Below are positions 34,190 to 44,409 of a DNA stretch of 64,000 nt, in pieces. The DNA is taken from contig NW_027191413.1 in assembly GCF_041146345.1 (NCBI RefSeq), forward strand, positions 620,001 to 684,000. Direction: 5' to 3'. This stretch comes from Neodothiora populina (Eukaryota). The translations under genes and the position numbers were made by a program. Within the stretch, counting starts at the first letter, position 1, and each line of letters starts with the position of its first letter. The notes under the pieces were generated by a model. It was not told the origin of the DNA, made no database searches, and saw nothing but the letters and a program-made list of their open reading frames with translations.

Positions 34190-36209
34190 ATGGCGGCTGT
34201 AAAGAAGGAGATCCTGCCCGAGGAGGGCAAGAGGAACATTCTCATCACTTCGGCGCTTCCCTACGTCAACAACGTGCCGCATCTGGGTAACATCATTGGC
34301 AGTGTCCTGTCTGCCGATGTCTTCTCGAGGTAGCTTCCTCCCACAGCCCAGTCGTGAGGGCATGCGATTGACATTCTGTTTCTATAGATACTGCAAGGCG
34401 CGCGGTCTCCCGACCCTTTTTGTCTGTGGCACGGATGAGTACGGAACAGCGACAGAAACCAAGGCGATTGAGGAGAAGTGTACACCGGAAGAGCTCTGCA
34501 ACAAATACCACAAACTTCACGCCGAGGTCTACGAATGGTTCAACATCGGCTTCGATATCTTCGGCCGGACACCAACCCACCAGCAGACCGAGATTGCCCA
34601 AGACATCTTCACGAAACTCCATCAGAATGGCTTCCTCGAGGAGCGAACGACAATTCAGCCCTACTGCGAGACTCACAAGGCATTTTTGGCCGATCGCTTC
34701 GTCGAGGGTGAGTGCCCGCTTTGTGGATACGAAGATGCCAGAGGAGATCAGTGCGACAAGTGTGGACACCTCCTTGATCCCCTCGACCTCAAGAACCCCA
34801 GATGCAAGCTCGATGGCGCATCTCCAGTGCCCAAAGAGACCAGACACGTTTTCTTGCTCCTTGACAAGCTCCAGTCGCGCGTTGAAGAGTGGTCCAGCAA
34901 GTCCAGCAAGGAGGGCGCATGGTCGGCAAACGGAATTCACATCACCAACTCTTGGTTGCAAGAAGGTCTCAAGCCTCGAGGTATCACCCGTGACTTGAAG
35001 TGGGGAACCAAGGTCCCCCTCGCAGGATACGACGAGAAGGTTCTGTACGTCTGGTTCGATGCCTGTATCGGGTACGTCTCCATCACGGCAAACTACACGG
35101 ATCAATGGCAGAAGTGGTGGCACAACCCCGAGAACGTTAGCTTGTACCAGTTCATGGGCAAGGACAACGTTCCCTTCCACACTGTCGTCTTCCCCGCCTC
35201 GCAGTTGGGCACTGGCGAGAAGTGGACTATGCTGAACCATTTGTCTACCGCCGAATACCTCAACTACGAGAAGGGCAAGTTCTCCAAGTCCCGCGGCATC
35301 GGTGTCTTCGGCACCAGCGCAAAAGACACCGGCATCCCCTCTGACGTGTGGAGATACTACCTTTTGTCGCGCAGACCTGAGACCGGCGACACAGAATTCG
35401 AATGGGACGGTTTCATCTCGTCAAACAACAACGAGCTTCTCAAGAACCTCGGCAACTTTGTCAACCGCATCATCAAGTTCGTCAACTCTGCCAACTTCGA
35501 CAGCGTCGTTCCCGACTACACCAAATATGCCGACGAAGACGGCGCGCTCGCCGCACACAAGAAGGACGTCAACGAAGCGCTGAAGACATACCTCAAGTCC
35601 ATGGACGCCGTCAAGATCCGCCAAGGTCTCTTCGACGCCCTTCACATTTCGTACCTCGGCAACAAGCTCCTGCAAGACAACAAGCTCGACAACGCACTAG
35701 CAAAGGAGCAGCCCGACCGATGCGCCGCCGTCGTCGGACTCGCACTTAACCACGTGCACCTCCTCGCGAGCATCATCGCCCCCTACCTACCGGAAACGAC
35801 CAAATCCATCCTGTCGCAACTGCAGACGGAACTCCTCATCATCCCCGACGACTGGCAAGCCACCAGCATCGCGCCCGGCCACAAGATCGGAAAGGCAGCA
35901 TACCTCTTCTCGCAGATCAAGCCCGAAAAGGAAAAGGAATGGCGCGAAATGTTCGGCGGCGCAGAGGCACAGAAGGCCAAGGCGGAGAAGGAAGCCAAAG
36001 CGGCCGCGCGAAAGGCAGACAAGGCCAAGAAGGCTGCGAAGAAGGCCGCGGAGAAGGCCAAGGCTGCTGCTGGCGGTGCTGATGCTGCTGATGCTTCTGG
36101 AAAGTCGGTCGAGGCTGTCGAAAAGGACGGCGCTCAGAAGCCTGAGGCCAAGGACGCTGTCGAGGAGGTGACGGAGGGGATCAAGCAGGCTGCTCTCCAG
36201 ACCTCGTAG
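34190..36209 (+). CDS. MES1: Cytosolic methionyl-tRNA synthetase, 2 exons
   Basis: [21 protein letters not shown] (HIGH-type), GTDEYG, zinc knuckle, YVWFDA, KFSKS; intron 34330-34387; Lys/Ala-rich C-terminal tail. Confidence 0.97.
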
Positions 36210-36809
36210 TCTGTTTTCTTCTCTGCTATCTCGCTATTAGTCACTGCATTATTAGGAGCAAGAAAGAGGACAACTAAATGGACATCTAAAAGGGGAGGAA
36301 CTGATTCAGCACACAATACAAACATGAGCAAAGTAGCTAGCTACCTGGCTGTAGGAGTAGTAATAGCAGCAGCAGTAGTGCTCAACGATTGGAAATACAA
36401 ATCTGGAAAAGATGCGACGAGACACAGTATGAGGAAGGATCTCTACGAGAGTCCGGTTCCAGCCTCCTGTGTTACAAAGGTAGAGATCTGGGAGAACAAG
36501 TGAGATTTCAAGGTCAAATGGTTTGATGGTCTAGATAAGGTACATAAAGAGCGCGAGAGGAGGTACAAGCAATGCCATCCAGTAAGTGTTCCATACTCAT
36601 CTAGTTTCCGTTTCTGGTTCCTACCAAAGATTACACGCCCTTTCACACGATTGACAGAGACGAGAGAACGACCGAATGCGGCAGGAAAGACGTAGATATT
36701 TTTACATTTGGAAGATAAAATCTAAGAAAAGTGGGGTGATACAGGAGGCCTTCTCATGTAGACAACATCCCTTGTTTCTTCATCAGGGAAATGGCTCAAA
36801 CAGACTCTC

Positions 36810-38261
36810 TCAAGGATGCACGACAGCGCCGCCCAGAGCCTCCTGGCCCTTTCTCGAAGCCGGCAGACTGTCCGCGACCTCATCGATTCCCGCTCTCGTC
36901 TCAGCATCATCCAGCGAGGCAACGACATCACCCGAGCTAGCGATCGGGGCAGAGGAAGTATCCTCTTCTTCGGCGAGGTTGCCAGCGTACGCGCTACCGG
37001 ACAACTGCTTCTGCTGCGCAATCTCCTTGACGGCCCAGACCTTCCATTCCTCGAACTTTTGGTCTTCGAGCGCCATGCCGACCTCGAGGGCGTTGGGGCC
37101 GAACTCGGCACCGACGAATAAGGCTTCCTCGCGCGCGACGCGGCGCTGGATGTCTTGCTTGTGGCGCACGGCGTAGAATTCCTTGCGCGCTGTGTCGTAG
37201 GCGTGGGCCTTGCTGTAGAGGTTGAACGTGTCGGGGTCGGGCAAGGGGAGGGGTCGGTGGATCAGGGTTGATACAGGGATGGAGAGCGAGGAGGCGATTG
37301 AGGCTATGGCGGAGGACAGGGAGGGGGTGAAGTTGCGGTTGTAGCTGAAGGTCAGGGTCTGGAGTTGTTTTTCCGTCGAGTCGTTTGAGCCTTGCTGGGA
37401 TGAGGTGGTGAGCTTGAGGGGCTCACCGAGGCTGACGGCGATCTGGTAGGTCTTGAGGATTGGAGAAAAGTCTGTGGCGGATAGAGAGTCGATGAGCTTC
37501 TGGGTTGCCGGGAAGGCGACGTCGAAGCTGCGGCGGTTGATCATGTTGGACCTGACGCCCTTGTCTGATAGCAGTTTGGCCATGTGCTTCTTGCCGGCAT
37601 TGAAGTCGTGGGTGGTCTCCGGGTGGTAAGTCAGCTGCACAGAGACTGTCATGTCGGCCGAAGTGTCGAGTCCCTCGCTTGGCACGGCGCAATCCAAGTC
37701 GACGTTGTATTCTTGCTTGAACAGAGCGCGTTCTTGTTGGAATTGCTCGGAGCGTAGGTAGGCTCGCAGCTCGGGTGAGCAGGGGAAGTCGAGATCATGG
37801 CGGATCATGCCCATGAGCCACCGCTGTCTCTGGACAACGCTGTGTAGAGAGAACGTAGTCAGTATATTTATCCCACACCCGTTCGATTCTGGGCAAGTGT
37901 CCTACCTCTCTCCGTCAATCTGCTTTCCCGGCTGCTCCAACTTGCTCCAGTTGTATCTCTGGTAATCCTTTCCGTCGTCCTCCAACACCTGCCTCGGCCG
38001 TGCCAGTTCCCATGGGTGGTCACCGAAGAAATCGGCTCGCAGGTTGTCCTCTTCGTATGCAATCTTTACTGGCTGGAACAGCTTGCTGGCCTTTTTTCCT
38101 TGCTTCCTTGCACCCTGTAGCGCGGGGCGGACGAGTCTTTGTGAGGGAGGAAGGTTTGCGACGACGTCGTACCATGGTGGTGGGACAGTCAATTTTTTGG
38201 TCTCGAGCATGCGAGTGGCCGTCTGGTGGACGCGCTGGGCGGAGAGGTTGTATCTGCCCAT
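36810..38261 (-). CDS. RSM25: Mitochondrial small-subunit ribosomal protein mS23 (Rsm25) carrying a ~200-aa internal insertion, 2 exons
   Basis: MGRYNLSAQRV...PPWYDVVANLPP...KLFQPVKIAYEEDNLRADFFGDHPWELARPR...QIDGE|SVVQRQRWLM [insert] SKAHAYDTARKEFY...RRVAREEA...GMALEDQKFEEWKVWA; intron 37840-37905. Confidence 0.88.
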
Positions 38262-38828
38262 TTCTGTGTTGTTTCGAGAGGCTCTGGTGAAATGTAAGGT
38301 GCCTTGATGTAGATTCGAAGACGAGGCACAGTGGAGTGAAATATCCCAAAGAGGCAGTGACGGACGGAAATTGAGCATGTACCGTATATGCGCCTTCCGG
38401 AAGGAGTGAGCAAAGCACCGCTGGCGAAATGAATTGCCTTGACTCTGCTTTCCTATATAGCAACAATGAAACCAGACAGTACAGAATCGCGTGCAATCAA
38501 TGTCCACTCCGCTATTCTGCACTACACTGCATTTACACTCGCACTGCGGCACCGCCTCGACCATTGCGAATCTCTAAACTAAAAGTCGGAGCGGGAATGT
38601 CACCGGCCAATCACAATCGAGGATGCGGAGATTCAAAGCTTTCCCGAAGTTGGTGGTAAGCAGAACTGCGAGCCCCAGCCTTTGTACTTGTTCATTGCAT
38701 TTAATCATTGCATTGCTGTGCTACCGCTCGCCACTTATACATATCTACGTCGAAAGAGCAATGTTTTAGATCCTTCTCCAATGCCAGTGGCATGTCGAAT
38801 GACAGACTGACACAATGCGCGGCGCTTC

Positions 38829-40856
38829 ATGTACCTCTTTGGCAGCTTCCCCCGGTCCTCGAGTACCACCACCATTCCACTGTACACAAAGACTGCCATT
38901 GGCAAGGTTATGACAGTGTTATGTCCTCAACTACAGCCGCCACAGCAGTCTTTGCTGACTCCTCCTCACCCACATGCACATGCACAGAGGAAGTCGAGTC
39001 GCCACTCGAGAAGTCACCACACCCACGCTCACCCTCACGCTCACACTCATACTCACACCCACACCCGCACGAGGCGTGCATGTCCACCCTCGGCCTTGCT
39101 GCCTCAGGCCGCCGAGGATCTCTTTCTGCTTGCTCTAGCACGTGCTAGCCTTTGCCGGAAACATTCGAGGCCATTTTCCACACAATCTCCACGCGCAGCA
39201 TCCCAATCACGACCATGCATTTCACCTCCTAAGCATCTCTTACCATCCGACACCCCTCAGAGGCTGTCCCGTTTCAGCACCAGCCATGGCACTTCGAACA
39301 CTGCCAGTGCTGCATCTACCTGGTCCCGCGAAGAGCTCAGAGACATCGTTGATTTATACAGCATCGACTCCGACCCGTGGGACCAGCCCAAACCCAAGTC
39401 ACGACCTACGCAATCGCGTACCCCGCTGCCCGTACCGGTGCATGACATTCCTCCCGCGCCAAATCACTATCGCCCGGCCGACACTGTCGCAGCCGTGCCT
39501 GTTCCTGTAGCTCCCGCTTCCGTTGCCACCATATCTGCCTCTGCCGTCGCGTCGACGAAACACCAGCCTCGCAGGAAACTGCCTGCGGACGCTCCGCACT
39601 ATCGAGATCAGATCGGCCGTGTCGAGTCCCTTCTGCAGAACCACGAAACCCCTCATGACCTCCTCTTTGACGCCTACCAAGCACTGCCACATCCCCGCAT
39701 ATCCTACCTGTCCGATGGCCAGATTCGCAAACTCATGCTTCACTTCAGCATTGTCGAGTACAAATCTGAAGCCTCCATGTTGCAATACCTCTCTCTCGTC
39801 GACGACCTTACTGCCGCCGACATCCCCCTGACCATCAATGAGTGGAACTCGGCCATAGCCTTTGCTGGTCGATGGGTACGCCGAGTCACCGACGACCAGG
39901 TCGAGACTGCCACCCAGATCTGGCTTCGCATGGAACGAGAGGCTGATGTCAGGAGCGATAATGTTACATTCAACATCCTCTTCGACGTTGCCGCAAGAGC
40001 TGGCAAGTTTGCTCTCGCCGAAATGATCATGCGAGAGATGCTTGCCCGGAACATGCCCGAGAACCGCTATTTTCGTACAAACAAAATCTTCTACTACGGC
40101 CTGAGGCACGACGGCACCGCTGTGAGACAGGCCTACAAGGAGCTCGTGGATGCTGGATGTTTCGTCGACACTGCCGTTCTGAACTGTGTCATAGCTAGCC
40201 TGATCAAATCAGGAGAGGCTTCCGCAGCAGAGCACATATTCGATCGTATGAAGGCCATGCACGACGACCACACACCCGGGACTCCCGCAGTCAGGAGTTG
40301 GCGCAAACAACGCAACCTGGCTCGCGTCCTCGATAAAGCTGCTCAGCTGCTGCGTGAAGACCCTGAACGAAGAGCTCAGGTCCAGGAAGCGACTCCAATA
40401 ACGCCCAATCTCAATACATACAGGCTGCTCATCAAGTATCATGCCCTCGAGTCTGGCAACATCGATCGAGTGACCGAGCTGCTGGATGAGTTGCATCAGA
40501 TGCGCATCCACATGCACGGATCCGTCTTCTATCATCTCTTCAGAGGCTTCCATCTGCATGGCGGAGTACGCTATTCCTCCTGGACCAAGTCTCGTCTCGA
40601 TCAGCTGTGGGCTGTCTTTTCCGAGTTCGTGCAGCGCACCGACGAGCGGAACCAAGATCATCACGGCATCACATATGAAGAAGATAGAGGCTGTTACTAT
40701 GATTGCGGGATTGTCATAGCGGTACTGCGGGCTTACAACAAGGTAGCTGGCAAGGACGCCGCTATGGATGTCTGGGATGAAGTCCTGGATAAGTGGAAGC
40801 CGGAGCACGACGCCCTGGATGAGGTCAACCGCGCTTTGGCAAATATGTTCAATTGA
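38829..40856 (+). CDS. Pentatricopeptide repeat (PPR) protein, probably mitochondrial
   Basis: EWNSAIAFAG, VTFNILFDVAARAGKFALAEMIMREM, VLNCVIASLIKSGEASAAEHIFDRMK, PNLNTYRLLI. Start codon uncertain. Confidence 0.85.
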   Translation: MYLFGSFPRSSSTTTIPLYTKTAIGKVMTVLCPQLQPPQQSLLTPPHPHAHAQRKSSRHSRSHHTHAHPHAHTHTHTHTRTRRACPPSALLPQAAEDLFLLALARASLCRKHSRPFSTQSPRAASQSRPCISPPKHLLPSDTPQRLSRFSTSHGTSNTASAASTWSREELRDIVDLYSIDSDPWDQPKPKSRPTQSRTPLPVPVHDIPPAPNHYRPADTVAAVPVPVAPASVATISASAVASTKHQPRRKLPADAPHYRDQIGRVESLLQNHETPHDLLFDAYQALPHPRISYLSDGQIRKLMLHFSIVEYKSEASMLQYLSLVDDLTAADIPLTINEWNSAIAFAGRWVRRVTDDQVETATQIWLRMEREADVRSDNVTFNILFDVAARAGKFALAEMIMREMLARNMPENRYFRTNKIFYYGLRHDGTAVRQAYKELVDAGCFVDTAVLNCVIASLIKSGEASAAEHIFDRMKAMHDDHTPGTPAVRSWRKQRNLARVLDKAAQLLREDPERRAQVQEATPITPNLNTYRLLIKYHALESGNIDRVTELLDELHQMRIHMHGSVFYHLFRGFHLHGGVRYSSWTKSRLDQLWAVFSEFVQRTDERNQDHHGITYEEDRGCYYDCGIVIAVLRAYNKVAGKDAAMDVWDEVLDKWKPEHDALDEVNRALANMFN

Positions 40857-41313
40857 ATGAACACCGAAAGACAAAAGATTGTACAAGAGCTGTACAAGAA
40901 GCTGTATAACAGTTGGCTTGCATCATGTCTGCTTTATATATATCAAGTTATCAATTTTTTCTTATGAGTATCATCGATTCGTACTTTTTTTGTTCTCTGC
41001 TTTTGTTGGTCTGTGCAGCACTCCTGCCAAATTCGTCTCAGTGTATATAAGTATTCTATAGTAAACGTCTGATCTTGTGCATGCGAGCAAATGATCTTGT
41101 AGTGTTTCCGTTTGCACCTTCCAATGCTAAACTACATTCACGAGTGAACCCTTCCTCCCATCGCTTACTATGAGTGTCTGAAATATGGTCATAAGGTTGC
41201 CACTCAGATCACATCGAACACTACGGCTGCCGCCTAGCGGATGAAGCATATAGTACACAACGAACAGTGATACAACCAGGAAACAATTTTTATTTGATCT
41301 TGTGACTATAGCA

Positions 41314-43077
41314 ATGGCACCGCGCAAAAGAGCCAGATCGGTAGACATCGACTTCACTCTTCGTCGAGTCTTCGGGAAAAAGTCATTCAGGTGAGTTCAT
41401 GGCCAACATACAGAAAGGCAAAAGAGCCCTTGCTAACGTCTTTCACTCTTCACTCAAAAGGCCAGTACAACGCGAAGTTATCACAGCCGCCCTCGAGGGC
41501 CATGATGTTTTCTTGCAAGCCGCCACTTCGTTCGGCAAGAGTCTTTGCTTTCAGCTACCTGCTATAGTTGACTTTGGCAGTGGGTTCTCTGCAATTCCTG
41601 GATGATAGGCATTCATACTAAGCTACAGACAGTAACTATTGTCATATCACCACTTCTTGCGCTTATGGTATGCATCTTATGTTGTGCCCTCTACCTGCAT
41701 TTCCTCATCATGGCCCGTGATTGACTGTCTGAACAGAACAACCAAATTGCGGCATTACGTGTCGCTTCCGTGAGAGTTGCTACCATAAACAGCACCACCA
41801 AAAGACCTGAACGCGATGCGGTGATGGAAGACCTTAAGTCAGGTCATCCTCTGACCCGTCTGTTATATGTGACACCTGAGTACTGTCAGATGGACCACTT
41901 CAGAAAAGTGCTACGGGTCGTCTACGCTCAACGCGAACTCGCCCGGATAGCAGTAGACGAGGCTCATTGCATCTCCGAATGGGGCCATGACTTCCGGCCT
42001 GCGTTTCAAGGTCTCTCTTGGTTCAAAGAAGAGCTTCCAAATGTGCCCATAATATGCTGCACAGCGACCGCCACCCAGCGGGTGCGAGAAGACATTATCA
42101 AGACCCTCTCGCTGGACCCTCAGAAACTGAAACTCTTTACCATGACTACATCGCGACCAAACCTGCACTACGAGGTTCGTTTCAAATCAGACGAAGCAGA
42201 TCATTACGACGACTTTCTGGCTTGGATCCGCAAAGCGCACCAACGACGAAGCGAAGGGCCTCGAGCAGAAGAACTTGCCGCAAAGGGTGAACGCATCACA
42301 AACGTTCCCGGAATCATCTACACCCTATACCGCAAAGACTGCGAGATTCTAGCCTCACGACTCACCCAAGACGGAATAGGAGCCAAGCCCTACCACGCCG
42401 GGCTGACCAACGAGCAGAAAGACGAGAACCTCAAGAATTGGGTATCCAACACCCCCGGCTACGACGTCATCGTCGCAACGACAGCTTTCGGCATGGGCAT
42501 TGACAAAGACAATGTCCGCTTCGTCGTGCACTGGCAGATCCCAAAGTCCTTCGAGGGCTACTATCAAGAAGCCGGACGAGCCGGACGAGACGGCAAAGCC
42601 AGCGTGTGCATCATTTACTACTCGCGAGAAGACCGAGACCGAGCCGCGAATATGATGGCGAGGGAACACGAGCGAAAAGCTAGCAGCAATCAAAATCAAC
42701 GTTACCAGTCTGGAGGCGGCGCAGGCGGACAGACAAAACGCGACACCAACATGATGAGCCGAGCCAGTTCTCTCCAGTCGCTGATCGAGTACTGCGAGTC
42801 TACGAACCAATGCCGGCACCGCATGATAGCGTCTTATTTCGGACAGAGGAATCTACAGCAGCAGCGACAGGGCGGAAGATCGATCGCTGCGACGAGATCA
42901 AGTGACAAGATTGAAACAGACGAGATGGAGAAAATCGAGTGCGACTTTGCTTGCGATTGGCACAAGGATGCTTTCGCGCTCGTCAGGCGTAAAGACCAAG
43001 GGCTCGCTAGCGAGGAATGGTGTTCGACACAGAGAGAAAGCGGCGCATACGGCGAATACTATGACGAGTACGATTGA
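41314..43077 (+). CDS. Short RecQ-family ATP-dependent DNA helicase, 4 exons
   Basis: ATSFGKSLCFQLP, VISPLLALM, LLYVTPE, VDEAHCISEWGHDFRP, TATA, ATTAFGMGIDK, YYQEAGRAGRDG, Zn site CRH...CDFACDWH; introns 41391-41460, 41580-41632, 41668-41736. Confidence 0.92.
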
Positions 43078-43498
43078 TCGACAGGAAAAAAACAAAGACC
43101 AGGTTCATGAAAAAGTGGGTTATAAAAACAACAACAGAGAAAAAACATACATTGGGAAACATAAGAAATACCCTGGTCAAAGAGGCGCAGGCAAAAAAAC
43201 AAAGCCCGCATGATACGAGATACATGATATACGTTTCCTCTCTCTCCCCTCTACCTTCCTCTGACGATCCGTCTGTCTGTCTGTCTTTCTCTCCATCTGT
43301 CCGTTCTCGCCCTTAAGTCTCAAAACCAAAGAACGCCCGAACGAACCTGCTCCTCTTCTCCCATGCATGCACATTCCTCCGCGGAAGAGAAAGAAAGTAA
43401 ATTGAGAAAATTCAAACATAACAGGGGGGAGAAAGTACCCTTGACATGGTGAACGCCTGTAACGCAAAAGAAAAAGAGATGATTGAGAGGGGGCCTGT

Positions 43499-43526
43499 TC
43501 TGGTCTGGTCTGGTCTGGTCTGGTCT
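43499..43526. repeat. (TCTGG)n pentanucleotide microsatellite
   Basis: About five tandem TCTGG units read directly; a (CTTG)n run follows near 43661-43680. Confidence 0.8.
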
Positions 43527-43783
43527 GATGGAGAGGGACGTCGTAGTAGTCGGTCCCTTTTTGCTTTCGATGTCAAGTCAGCAAGGAAGCGGTGGAACTG
43601 TCCTCTTCAGAAAAGTGTCCCGTCTCGTGTCTCCTCCTCTTTTCCACTTCTCATCTGTGGCTTGCTTGCTTGCTTGCTTGCTGGTAGGTAATCGTCGTCG
43701 TGACAGAAGCAGAATTGAGGCACTTTCCACGCCAACGCATCATACCAAGAAGAACAGACCGAGAAAAAGCGAAAAGGCCAGAC

Positions 43784-44409
43784 TCATTGACGGATAGGCA
43801 TGCCCTCAACCTGTGGCGGAGGACTGACCGACTCAGCGTCCTTGTCGATAGCGTCTCTCGCGGCGTTGGCGGCATCAGCCGGGTCGTCGATGCTCATGCC
43901 TCTCTGCAGGAAACTGCTTTCCTTGACGGGGCTGCCGGACAAGCCTGCCATCTGGTGACTCTGGGTCGGCTGCAGCGACAGGCCGTTGTTGGTTCCGTTG
44001 GGCCCGCTGTGGGGGGAAGATGAGGAGAGGTGGGGGATCGTGTCTGGGGATGGGTGCTCGACTCCGATGTTGGTCAGGCCTGCGTCTGAGGCCTTGCCTG
44101 CTTTGCTCATGGCGTAGTCGCCGCTGTCGAAGTATTTGCGCTCTTGACCCTGAGGAACAGAACGTCAGGAATGGCGAATCTTTCGAGAGGAACTGAATTA
44201 CTCACCTTGAGTTTGTGCTGGAGAAGGTTCTTCTTGTCGGGCAGCTTGCCGTACATGCGGAACAGTCTCTGCTCGTCAGGCGAGAGGCTCTGTGACCCGA
44301 CACATTTGTCAGAAATTGGTCGTTGTTATTTGTATATCGCTGTCCTTGACAGGTAGAGGTCATGCAGACTTACGTTGACGTCGACCTTGTTCTTCTGGTG
44401 AGGATTCAT
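43784..44409 (-). CDS. IGO1: Endosulfine / Igo1 family phosphoprotein, 3 exons
   Basis: MNPHQKNKVDVNSLSPDEQRLFRMYGKLPDKKNLLQHKLKGQERKYFDSGDYAMSKAGK (FDSGDY Greatwall/Rim15 site); introns 44290-44373 and 44150-44205. Confidence 0.92.

Noticed and set aside
34293..35240. 315-aa antisense ORF over MES1, and similar antisense ORFs over ACO2, PPR and eIF3f
   Set aside because: Shadow ORFs expected from strong C-ending codon bias on the coding strand; no recognisable domains.
37215..37811. RSM25 insert as an intein or ordinary intron
   Set aside because: No intein-type N-terminal Cys/Ser block, no His-Asn C-terminus and no LAGLIDADG motif. No GT/GC donor at its start, and the frame is open with coding-like codon use.
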